NCBI GenBank assembly: GCA_964467565.1
Contig: CAYXRB010000001.1
Span: forward strand, 104,767 to 143,167
Length of the DNA stretch: 38,401 nt
Source of the DNA: an uncultured Pseudomonadales bacterium
GTDB lineage: Bacteria > Patescibacteriota > Microgenomatia > UBA1400 > RBG-16-45-19
Direction of reading: 5' to 3'
Shown piece by piece: positions 9,174 to 17,228 of this stretch. The notes beneath the pieces are model-generated. The model saw nothing but the letters and a program-made list of their open reading frames with translations. It ran no database searches and had not been told where the DNA came from. The translations under genes and the position numbers were made by a program. Each line of letters starts with the position of its first letter. Positions within the stretch are counted from its first letter, which is position 1.

Positions 9174-10445
9174 TTATCCTTTTTTAATCTGATCTACCGT
9201 TGAGTGTACTATACCATCGGTGAGTTGGACACTCATTAACTCTTTCGTGGTAATTTGACTAATTGAAGTAAGAATCTGGCCGTCTGATGTTCGGGCGATA
9301 CTGTAGCCGCGACTTAAGACATTGCGGTAATCCAGGGAACTAAGTAAACGGTTGAGGTGACTCATTTCTTGGGCTTTAAGGTTAAGCGCGCTTTTGAGCC
9401 TTTGCTGCAAGCGCGTTGGGGTGTCGGCAATATTTTGTTGATACGTTTTGATTAACCGATTTAAACTAATGCCAATGCTGGGGATTTTTTGAATAGTTTG
9501 GGCAATGGCAGCATTCATCCGCTGCAGGCGATGTTTGATGCGGTGTGAGGATTCATCGACCAAAGTTTTGTAGTGGTGAATGGATCTAAGCAAGCGAGTG
9601 TGAATGAGCTGATGGTTAAGAGAGATCTGGTTTAAGACTTCGTGGCGGTCTCGGACGACTAATTCCGCGGCATTACTGGGGGTGCTGGCGCGCACGTCGG
9701 CGACGAAATCGGTTAATGACCAATTGTCCTCGTGGCCTATGGCAGAAACAACGGGGATTTTACACGCATAGATAGCCCGACAGATGTCTTCGGAATTAAA
9801 GGCGATCAAATCTTCTAACGAGCCGCCGCCGCGGGCGATAATAATGACGTCAAACTCGGTTGGGTGATGCTGAATAAAAGTAAAGGCTTTAAGGATTGAG
9901 GGCACGGCTTCGCGCCCCTGAACATTAACCGGTAGGTTTTTTAGATGCAGGTTGCCCATACGAGTTGAAAGGATTTTGACTAAATCGGCATGGGCCGAAG
10001 AGCCGGGCGCGGTAACAAGACCGATATTATTAGGCCACAGTGGCAAGGGACGTTTGCGCTCTGGCGCAAAAAGCCCTTCGGCCTCTAGCTGGGCTTTTAA
10101 TTTTTCAAAGGCGACTTGGAGAGCTCCTTCTCCCTGGGGAATGATTTGATTGGCAAATAACCGAAATTTTGACGTGCCTTTATACAAACCGGCTGTGGCA
10201 TAGACATGTACCAGCATGCCGGGTTCAAATTGACGATAGTTTTTAATGATGTGCGAAAGAGAAAAAATATCAACGCTGGAACTTGAATCTTTAATGGAAC
10301 CGAAAATAAGACGGCCATTTTTAAGATCAAAGCGGCTAATTTCACCTTCGACGACCATTTCCCCGAGCAAGCTAAGATGCCGATTTAAGGCTTCGTTAAG
10401 TTCGGTAACCTGAAAAACTGGCTGCTGCGAATCGCGCATAGCCAA
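9174..10445 (-). CDS. xseA: Exodeoxyribonuclease VII large subunit
   Basis: N-terminal OB fold (VEGEISRF...GRLIFGSIKD), a catalytic core (IIIARGGGSLEDL, AIGHEDNWSLTDFVADVRASTPS) and a long coiled C-terminus. The start is TTG; an ATG follows 2 codons later. Confidence 0.9.
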   Translation of the reverse strand: MAMRDSQQPVFQVTELNEALNRHLSLLGEMVVEGEISRFDLKNGRLIFGSIKDSSSSVDIFSLSHIIKNYRQFEPGMLVHVYATAGLYKGTSKFRLFANQIIPQGEGALQVAFEKLKAQLEAEGLFAPERKRPLPLWPNNIGLVTAPGSSAHADLVKILSTRMGNLHLKNLPVNVQGREAVPSILKAFTFIQHHPTEFDVIIIARGGGSLEDLIAFNSEDICRAIYACKIPVVSAIGHEDNWSLTDFVADVRASTPSNAAELVVRDRHEVLNQISLNHQLIHTRLLRSIHHYKTLVDESSHRIKHRLQRMNAAIAQTIQKIPSIGISLNRLIKTYQQNIADTPTRLQQRLKSALNLKAQEMSHLNRLLSSLDYRNVLSRGYSIARTSDGQILTSISQITTKELMSVQLTDGIVHSTVDQIKKG

Positions 10446-10463
10446 AGCTTACCACGGTATTGT

Positions 10464-10775
10464 TTAAAAAAGGGAGAAGGCAATGCCAATGATGATGGCA
10501 AGAAGGAGGAGATTGGTAAGGCCTATGCCGCCGATGGCAAAAATGCCGAGTAAGGAAAGAAGCCAGAGGACAACGAGGATGCCGGCAATTTCGCGTAGCG
10601 GAGATGGCAAAATGCCAATAGCCCACATAATGAGTAAAAAGATGATGAGTTCGCGTAAGGTTATGCCGTGGTTACCTATATTGAACAGGACAATATTGGG
10701 GATTGCCAACCAAGGAACGTTGATAAAACCTAAAAACCACAAGATTATCAAAATAGCTACAATAAGTTGAATCAT
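10464..10775 (-). CDS. Small integral membrane protein (about 4 TM), first gene of the xseAB operon
   Basis: Entirely hydrophobic, with internally repeated LWFLGF / LWLLSLLG segments. I used the ATG at 10775 in preference to the TTG at 10796. Confidence 0.5.
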   Translation of the reverse strand: MIQLIVAILIILWFLGFINVPWLAIPNIVLFNIGNHGITLRELIIFLLIMWAIGILPSPLREIAGILVVLWLLSLLGIFAIGGIGLTNLLLLAIIIGIAFSLF

Positions 10776-10810
10776 AAAATTGGACAAACTCGACAATAGC
10801 TTGTGTTAGG

Positions 10811-11932
10811 ATGAAGCGTATGTTAATGCTTTTTAATAAAAAAAAGGTAATAGTATTGGCAATGCTAGTTTACTTTTTGACTAGCGCGACAACGTATGGA
10901 GTGTTAAGTTTTTGGCAAAGGCCTGTGAAAACAGACGGGGTCAAGACGGATGAGGTTATGGAGAATAATGAAGAGTTGATCCCCACTCCCCTGCCTACGA
11001 GTGCAACTGAAAAAGTCTGGGCGTTATTGTTTTTGGGGTACGGAGGTGCCGGGCATCAAGGCGGATATTTAACCGACGTTATGCAAGAGGTGGTGATCTT
11101 ACCTCAAGAAAAAGTGGTAGCCACTATTCATATACCGCGTGACATTGTGGTGGAATACCCACTAAAAAGCGGTAGTTATAAAAAAATTAACAGTTTATTC
11201 CCCATAAAAAGCGTGTCTGGCGATTATCCGCGTGTGAATTTACAAGATAACCAAGCGGAGACGGGGGCTCAACTTGCCGAGGCGTATGTAGGGATGGTGA
11301 CAGGAATTACGCCCCAAGCTTACATTGGTGTTGATTTTATTAGCTTTAAAAAAACGATCGATGCTTTGGGGGGGATAACCGTAGACGTACCTCGGGGCTT
11401 TACTGACCCGTGGTACCCGGTAACAGGCCGAGAATTGGAATTGTGCGGATGGAGCCCACAAGACGTGACGGCCATGAGCGCAACGATGTCGGGGTTTACT
11501 TTAGAAAAGCAGTTTCCTTGCCGCTATGAAACGATTACGTTTAAACAAGAACCGACACTGATGAATGGTGAAACGGCATTAAAATTTGTACGTTCCAGGC
11601 ATTCGAGCAGTGATTTTGCCAGAGGACAAAGACAGTCAGCGGTACTCGAAGCTGTTTTAGCAAAACTGTTAACAGTTCATGACACAACGCGGTGGCAAAA
11701 CGTGTTAACCAATGTTAAACAGTTAATAACCACCGATGTACGCGGCCAGATGGAATTAGACTTGTTGGCTGAGTTACCGAATCTAAAAAATTACCGGCAA
11801 ATAGAAATTGGCTTAGATACGAATATGGGTTTGGTGAGCTCGAATACGGGCGGAGGAGCGGGGCTAACGGCGGCGAACGGCGATTGGAGTGTGATTCATA
11901 CATTGATCGAAAATAAGTTACATGCAGAGTAG
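10811..11932 (+). CDS. LCP (LytR-CpsA-Psr) family cell-envelope glycopolymer transferase
   Basis: N-terminal TM anchor, then GVDFISFKKTIDALGGITVDV and GETALKFVRSRH...DFARGQRQ motifs. Confidence 0.8.
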   Translation: MKRMLMLFNKKKVIVLAMLVYFLTSATTYGVLSFWQRPVKTDGVKTDEVMENNEELIPTPLPTSATEKVWALLFLGYGGAGHQGGYLTDVMQEVVILPQEKVVATIHIPRDIVVEYPLKSGSYKKINSLFPIKSVSGDYPRVNLQDNQAETGAQLAEAYVGMVTGITPQAYIGVDFISFKKTIDALGGITVDVPRGFTDPWYPVTGRELELCGWSPQDVTAMSATMSGFTLEKQFPCRYETITFKQEPTLMNGETALKFVRSRHSSSDFARGQRQSAVLEAVLAKLLTVHDTTRWQNVLTNVKQLITTDVRGQMELDLLAELPNLKNYRQIEIGLDTNMGLVSSNTGGGAGLTAANGDWSVIHTLIENKLHAE

Positions 11933-11937
11933 TAGCT

Positions 11938-12522
11938 ATGACTGCCCGAACTCATGATCTTGCCGCATTCACGACTTTGCCCATAGCCCTGATTTATGGC
12001 ACCGTGCCGCAGATGACGTTGGCAACTGCATTAGTGTCGTTGGGAGCGAACTTCTTGGGTGGGTTGTTCCCTGATCTGGACGAATCGAGCTCTAAATTTT
12101 GGGAGAGTATCCGGGGTGGCAGGATTATTGGTAAAATCATTCCGCCTTTAATTGGCGGGCATAGGTATATAACCCACTCGCTGATTGGGGTGCTATTGAC
12201 TGGGTTTTTGTTAAAGCAACTGCTGGGTGTTGTGGGCAATGTGGTACTGGTCGATATGAATGTGATTTGGTGGGCATTTATGCTGGGGATGTGGTCACAC
12301 CTTCTTAGTGACAGCATTACCAAAGAAGGGGTTTTGTGGCTATTTCCCCTCCCCTATCGGATTGGTTTTCCACCATTTAAATCTTGGCGAATTAAAACAG
12401 GTGGTATGGTAGAAAAAGCAGTTTTTTTTCCGGGGTTAGTAGTCTTAAACGGCTACTTAATCTGGCAGAATTATCCCTTACTGCTGCAGCTTTTTAGGAC
12501 ATGGTTAGATAAGCCGTATTAA
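11938..12522 (+). CDS. DUF457 (YdjM-like) membrane-bound metal-dependent hydrolase
   Basis: THD..., PDLD, HRYITHSL and HLLSDSITKEGV motifs within a polytopic membrane protein. Confidence 0.7.
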   Translation: MTARTHDLAAFTTLPIALIYGTVPQMTLATALVSLGANFLGGLFPDLDESSSKFWESIRGGRIIGKIIPPLIGGHRYITHSLIGVLLTGFLLKQLLGVVGNVVLVDMNVIWWAFMLGMWSHLLSDSITKEGVLWLFPLPYRIGFPPFKSWRIKTGGMVEKAVFFPGLVVLNGYLIWQNYPLLLQLFRTWLDKPY

Positions 12523-12729
12523 CTTACTGATAAAAATCTGCCTATGACCGTTGCTTCTGGGCATGATTGTTTAGACATTCCTTTTAATTCAAATGAATAT
12601 ATTAAGAGATAATAGCAGGAATGGCGGAATAAACAATTAATTTTTCCGGTATTGCAGTGCCTTTAGTTACTGTATTTCCTACACCTGTCTCATCTTGCTT
12701 AAACGATTTTACGTAGGGCTCGAAAAACC

Positions 12730-13119
12730 TTATTGATGGTGTTCGGCTTCAGCGGCATCAGCGTCTTGTTTGCTAATATGAATGGTGCCTTCTGGATGAT
12801 TTGGTGGCGTATATATTGTGTAGAGTTTGAGAACTTGGGTGTCGGAGGTGTTTTGGACGCTATGTTTACTCCCGGCAGGAACAATGATGGCGTCTTCTGA
12901 CACTACATCGAACGTTTGATCTTCGATTTTGAATTGGGCTACACCCTCTTCAATACGAAAAAACTGGTCGGTGTGAGAATGCACTTCCTCATCAATCGTT
13001 TCTTTAGGATTTAACGACATAACCACCAGTTGCAGGTGGGTACCGGTATAAAGGACTTTTCGGTAATTTGTGTTAGCAATGCTTTCATTCTGAATATTTT
13101 GTTTAAAGATGGGCATCAT
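12730..13119 (-). CDS. Cupin-domain protein
   Basis: Cupin motifs EEVHSHTDQFFRIEEG and VPAGSKHSVQN. 129 aa. Confidence 0.75.
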   Translation of the reverse strand: MMPIFKQNIQNESIANTNYRKVLYTGTHLQLVVMSLNPKETIDEEVHSHTDQFFRIEEGVAQFKIEDQTFDVVSEDAIIVPAGSKHSVQNTSDTQVLKLYTIYTPPNHPEGTIHISKQDADAAEAEHHQ

Positions 13120-13199
13120 TTTACCTCCTTTTTAGGAATACTAACCCTAGTATATGCCTTAAATATGAATGGACAAGTTATCGTTATTGACGATTTACT

Positions 13200-13228
13200 T
13201 TGCTTTGGCAACCTTAGCGTGCTATACT
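13200..13228 (+). promoter_or_regulatory. Candidate sigma70-type promoter for the DEAD-box helicase gene (TTGCTT-17 nt-TATACT)
   Basis: -35 at 13200-13205 and -10 at 13223-13228. It would give a leader of about 105 nt. Pattern match only. Confidence 0.25.
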
Positions 13229-13340
13229 CCGCCAATTACATTGCGACACAGGTTTAAGCGTTAAGCGTACAGGATTTTGAACCGGTACTTTTTTAAGCTT
13301 TCTGACTTTTATCTTTGTCTTACCGTTAGGAGTTCACTTT

Positions 13341-14522
13341 ATGCACCATCGTGCATTTAGGTCCCGTGGTCGTCGGGATCACTTTAATTCTCGACCAAAG
13401 GCAGCCCGGCCAAAATTTAATCAGCCGGCGTTTGACCCAAGTTTACTAATTAACCAAGCTCAGCCGGTTAAGGAACAGGCTTATACAGCAGAGCATCGGT
13501 TTGCAGACTTTAGGCTGCATTCGACCTTGGCCCAAAACATTAAAAGTAAAGGCTATAACGCACCCACTCCCATACAGGACCAGATAATACCCCACATATT
13601 GGAAGGCAGGGATGTGATTGGATTGGCGAATACCGGCACGGGTAAAACCGCGGCCTTTTTAGTCCCGCTGATTGAAAAAATGATTAATAACCCAGAAACT
13701 AAAGTGTTAATTATTACTCCAACCCGCGAACTGGCTATGCAAATTAGTGAAGAGTTTGCCTATTTATCTAACTATTTACCTTTACGGAGCGTGCAATGCA
13801 TTGGAGGAGTGCCGATTGGCGGACAAATACGAGGTTTGAGGACTAATCCTCAGGTGATTGTCGGGACTCCGGGTAGATTAAAGGATTTGTACGCTCAATG
13901 CCAATTGGATTTTGTTGAGTTTAATACGATTGTGCTCGATGAAGTTGACCGAATGCTGGATATGGGCTTTATTAAGGACATACGCGGGATTATTGATAGG
14001 CTACCACCCAATCGCCATTCACTCTTTTTCTCGGCAACGTTACCTGATTCAATCAGACCTTTAATGCAAACGTTTTTAAATAATCCCGTTACTGTATCGG
14101 TTGCTAAACGGGATACGGCTGCGACGGTAAACCAAAATATTGTAGAGGTTAACGGTCAAGCTAAAATAGACGTTTTGCATGATTTATTGGTTAAGAAAGA
14201 ATTTGAAAAAGTACTGGTGTTCGGAAGAACAAAATGGAGTATGGAAAAATTAGCCAAAACATTAAGTCAAAGAGGATTTAAGGCTGCGGCTATTCATGGA
14301 AACAAAACACAAAACCAGCGCCAAAGGGCATTGGATGAATTTAAGGCAAACCGCTTACAGGTTCTAATTGCCACCGACATTGCCTCTCGAGGCTTAGACA
14401 TTGAAGATGTAACCCATGTGATTAACTATGATTTACCCGAAACGTACGAGGACTACATTCACCGGATTGGTCGCACCGGCCGAGCTGGAAAGATCGGCAC
14501 AGCGCTGACTTTTATTGATTAA
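13341..14522 (+). CDS. DEAD-box ATP-dependent RNA helicase (motif II is DEVD)
   Basis: Q motif (F...TPIQ), ANTGTGKTAAF, PTRELA, DEVDRMLDMGF, SAT, ATDIASRGLDI and HRIGRTGRAG. AGGAG lies 8 nt before the ATG. Confidence 0.9.
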   Translation: MHHRAFRSRGRRDHFNSRPKAARPKFNQPAFDPSLLINQAQPVKEQAYTAEHRFADFRLHSTLAQNIKSKGYNAPTPIQDQIIPHILEGRDVIGLANTGTGKTAAFLVPLIEKMINNPETKVLIITPTRELAMQISEEFAYLSNYLPLRSVQCIGGVPIGGQIRGLRTNPQVIVGTPGRLKDLYAQCQLDFVEFNTIVLDEVDRMLDMGFIKDIRGIIDRLPPNRHSLFFSATLPDSIRPLMQTFLNNPVTVSVAKRDTAATVNQNIVEVNGQAKIDVLHDLLVKKEFEKVLVFGRTKWSMEKLAKTLSQRGFKAAAIHGNKTQNQRQRALDEFKANRLQVLIATDIASRGLDIEDVTHVINYDLPETYEDYIHRIGRTGRAGKIGTALTFID

Positions 14523-14561
14523 TACTTCTTTGGGCAGCTTTTATTGGAAAAGGGGGAAAGC

Positions 14562-14693
14562 TTACTTGGTTTTTGATCTGGAGCGGGTGACTGGGCTGAT
14601 GGTGACGCGAGTACTGGTGTACATGGCCACAAAAGACACCACAAAGACGACAAATGCCGCCAAAGGGTTCGAGGGATTTAATAATTCAAACAT
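14562..14693 (-). CDS. Possible 43-aa single-TM micro-protein downstream of the DUF2207 gene
   Basis: My manual translation gives MFELLNPSNPLAAFVVFVVSFVAMYTSTRVTISPVTRSRSKTK*. It has a hydrophobic core and a basic tail, no SD, and is below the ORF-track cutoff. Confidence 0.2.
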   Translation of the reverse strand: MFELLNPSNPLAAFVVFVVSFVAMYTSTRVTISPVTRSRSKTK

Positions 14694-14726
14694 GGTAAAC
14701 ACTATAACAGTGAAGTGTAAGAATGG

Positions 14727-14744
14727 TGTAAGTAATTACTTACA
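14727..14744. repeat. Perfect 18-bp palindrome TGTAAGTAATTACTTACA abutting the DUF2207 stop codon
   Basis: Read directly from the sequence; it is its own reverse complement. Confidence 0.9.
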
Positions 14745-16523
14745 TTACCAACTGCCGCCACCGCCGCCACCGCCGCCACCGCCTGAGGAACCTCCTGAAA
14801 AACCAGATCCACCAGAACTGGAGCCTGAAGAGGGGTTGTAGGATAAGGTAGAGCTGGCAGTTGAGGAAAACGAGGAGAGCATATTCATAGAATTGTAGGA
14901 GGAAGAATTGTAACCGATGGAAAGATACTGTGGAGGCTTTAAATTCAGTAACTTCATGTCGTTGGCTAATTTGTCGATAACCCCGAGAGCAACCGCATAG
15001 GGCATTACTTCTTCAATGAAAAGGTTTTTTTCCTTAATTTGCTCACGCCACTTCCCATACTTAATCGTCCGTTTTAAACCCTTAGCCTGAAGGCTAAGAT
15101 TGGTGCCTAAAGCGGTTTTTTGGACTAAGTTATATCCCAACCATAAACTGATAAACCCGCCAAGGCCAAAAAGGCCAAAAATTATGGGATAAAAAGCGGA
15201 GAAAAAGAAATCAACGATGACTAATTGGGCGATCAGCGTTTTAATGACTATAAAATGGAGCACTAATGACAAACTTATACCAATTACCCTTCTTCGGGTG
15301 GGGTGAGTTGTGAACAAGCCTTTTTGGGTTAAGTGGTCATTGATGATGCCCTTGACTGCCTCCATGGTGGTATAGAACTTGCCTTTTAATGAACTTAAAG
15401 TAACGGAATCCCCTGATTTGAATATATCTTGCATTAATCTGGTTTGGGAGGCAGGCAGTTCGTTAGTGTTATCTTTTAATTTGGTGAAGGTGTAATCGTT
15501 AGAATTTGAAAAGAAGCCTTTCTTGGTATTCGCCTCGAGCTTTAAGTATTTTTTTCGGGCAAGATCGATGATTTCGGCGATAACATCTTGGTTATCGACT
15601 TTCTCATCGACGATAGCGCCAGCCTCTCCCGGAGTTATTTCTGTTAACGGTTCATACACAAACGGAACGCGAAAATAGTCGTTGAGAGGTTTTTTGTGAA
15701 TTGGTGCAGCGGGATCGGTATTGAAGACATTGGGACTAATAAACTGCCAGTCACGGCCGTATTTGTTCCAAACAAAGCACATAATTAAAAATGGGAAAGG
15801 AAGCAGTATGAGCGACCAATTATCAGTTAAAAACTTAATAAGCTTTTCAGTTGATGAAGGAAATTGTAAGTCATTGGGTTTGGTAAATTTAAGCGCGATA
15901 GTAAGATTGTCGTTGTAGCTGATTGGGCTTGCATATTCCACTTGTGCTTGGTTGTGGGTATGGAAAACGGTACATATACCATCGTTACTCCCACTGGGCC
16001 CGCCAAAACATTTCGAGTCTTGAACGGAGGCGTAGTCGCTCGTGATTGAAGCTTTAGTTTTTTGGATGGGTATTTGCCAGCCCTCTCCGGTTATATCCCA
16101 GAAAAGTTCATCGTGTGAGGCGAACTGATTTAGCGCGTCATCGACCCTATAGCGAATGATGTAGGTTTTTTTGCCAGTAAAAGTAGAGTCAGGATCACCG
16201 ATTTTCAAAACCAGATTACGATTTTCGACAGAGCGCGTGAACGGGATTGGTTGATTGTTTGGATCGGTGACCGTAATCTGAGAAATGCGACGAGAAAAAT
16301 TGCCGGTTTCCTGTTGGTACATTAAGGGAATGTAGCGAAAAATTCCGTGTTTTTCTAAGTCAGTGGCATAGTTTATGGTTTCAATAATTGTGAGCGACGT
16401 ATCTTGATTGACGGTGATTTGAGAATGAAAATTCTCAATATCATCAAGCGCTAAGGCACTTGTGCAGGCGTAAGCAAAGAAAAATATTAAGAAGACACTT
16501 GTGACAAAGGTTAAATACTTCAT
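14745..16523 (-). CDS. DUF2207-family membrane protein with a Gly-rich ...GGGGGGSW C-terminus
   Basis: Signal/TM MKYLTFVTSVFLIFFFAYA, then KKTYIIRYRV...DELFWDITGEGWQIPI, internal TM segments and the canonical Gly-rich tail ending SW. I chose the ATG at 16523 over the upstream start at 16574. Confidence 0.85.
   Translation of the reverse strand: MKYLTFVTSVFLIFFFAYACTSALALDDIENFHSQITVNQDTSLTIIETINYATDLEKHGIFRYIPLMYQQETGNFSRRISQITVTDPNNQPIPFTRSVENRNLVLKIGDPDSTFTGKKTYIIRYRVDDALNQFASHDELFWDITGEGWQIPIQKTKASITSDYASVQDSKCFGGPSGSNDGICTVFHTHNQAQVEYASPISYNDNLTIALKFTKPNDLQFPSSTEKLIKFLTDNWSLILLPFPFLIMCFVWNKYGRDWQFISPNVFNTDPAAPIHKKPLNDYFRVPFVYEPLTEITPGEAGAIVDEKVDNQDVIAEIIDLARKKYLKLEANTKKGFFSNSNDYTFTKLKDNTNELPASQTRLMQDIFKSGDSVTLSSLKGKFYTTMEAVKGIINDHLTQKGLFTTHPTRRRVIGISLSLVLHFIVIKTLIAQLVIVDFFFSAFYPIIFGLFGLGGFISLWLGYNLVQKTALGTNLSLQAKGLKRTIKYGKWREQIKEKNLFIEEVMPYAVALGVIDKLANDMKLLNLKPPQYLSIGYNSSSYNSMNMLSSFSSTASSTLSYNPSSGSSSGGSGFSGGSSGGGGGGGGGGSW
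14754..14783 (-). repeat. In-frame tandem 9-bp repeat (GCCGCCACC x3.3 on the plus strand) encoding the Gly10 run of the DUF2207 C-terminus
   Basis: Read directly from the sequence. Confidence 0.9.
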
Positions 16524-16556
16524 ATAGCCTCTATTGTAGTACGATATGCCTACTTT

Positions 16557-17228
16557 ATGACTAACGAGTATCAATTAAAACGTTTGAGTCGGTCGAGGAG
16601 TTTGAGGGTGCGAGTAGATCCAACCGGAACGATTTTGGTAACAGCACCCCATTATGTCCCTACAATAATGATAAATCGATTTGTGGAAAAATCCCGTCCA
16701 TGGATCGAACGACAGCAACGACGAATTAAACTGAGACAAGATACTTTTCCGGTTTTTGATTGGAACAAACAAATAGTCGGTTATTTAGGAACGTTATTTG
16801 ATTTACGGTTCAATTTTCAAGATTCAAGAATAAAAATTGACCAAAATATAATCAATTACTATCCAATCACAGGAAATATAAACGATGGGAAAAAGTTGAT
16901 TATCGGATGGCTTAAGCGTGAAGCCGAAAAATTCATAACCCAACGCACTTTGTATTGGACTGAAAAAATGGGGGTTAAATTTAGGCAAATTAAATTTAGG
17001 CAACAACGATCACGGTGGGGTAGCTGCAGTAGCGCGGGAACGATTACTTATAATTGGCGGCTGATTCATTTTTTGCCACAAGTGATTGATTATGTGGTGA
17101 TCCACGAATTAGCGCACATTAGGCACCATGATCATTCTGAGCGTTTTTGGAGATTGGTGGAAGCTTACATGCCTACATATAAACAGCATGTTCGTTTTTT
17201 GAAAAAGCAGGTGTTGGATTTAATTTAG
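16557..17228 (+). CDS. YgjP/DUF45-family (M48-like) metal-dependent hydrolase
   Basis: RWGSCS motif plus HELAHIRHHDHSERFW (HExxH followed by H). Confidence 0.8.
   Translation: MTNEYQLKRLSRSRSLRVRVDPTGTILVTAPHYVPTIMINRFVEKSRPWIERQQRRIKLRQDTFPVFDWNKQIVGYLGTLFDLRFNFQDSRIKIDQNIINYYPITGNINDGKKLIIGWLKREAEKFITQRTLYWTEKMGVKFRQIKFRQQRSRWGSCSSAGTITYNWRLIHFLPQVIDYVVIHELAHIRHHDHSERFWRLVEAYMPTYKQHVRFLKKQVLDLI
16975..17004 (+). repeat. In-frame 15-bp tandem duplication (TTAAATTTAGGCAA[A/C] x2) inside the YgjP-like gene
   Basis: Read directly from the sequence. It encodes KFRQIKFRQ immediately before the RWGSC motif. Confidence 0.9.

Noticed and set aside
14515-14841. A 108-aa plus-strand ORF ending in a poly-Pro/acidic tail (PPPPPPPPPPPEEPPEKPDPPELEPEEGL).
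   Set aside because: It is the antisense shadow of the canonical Gly-rich ...GGGGGGSW C-terminus of the DUF2207 protein. It also starts with TTG inside the DEAD-box gene's last codons and has no recognisable domain.
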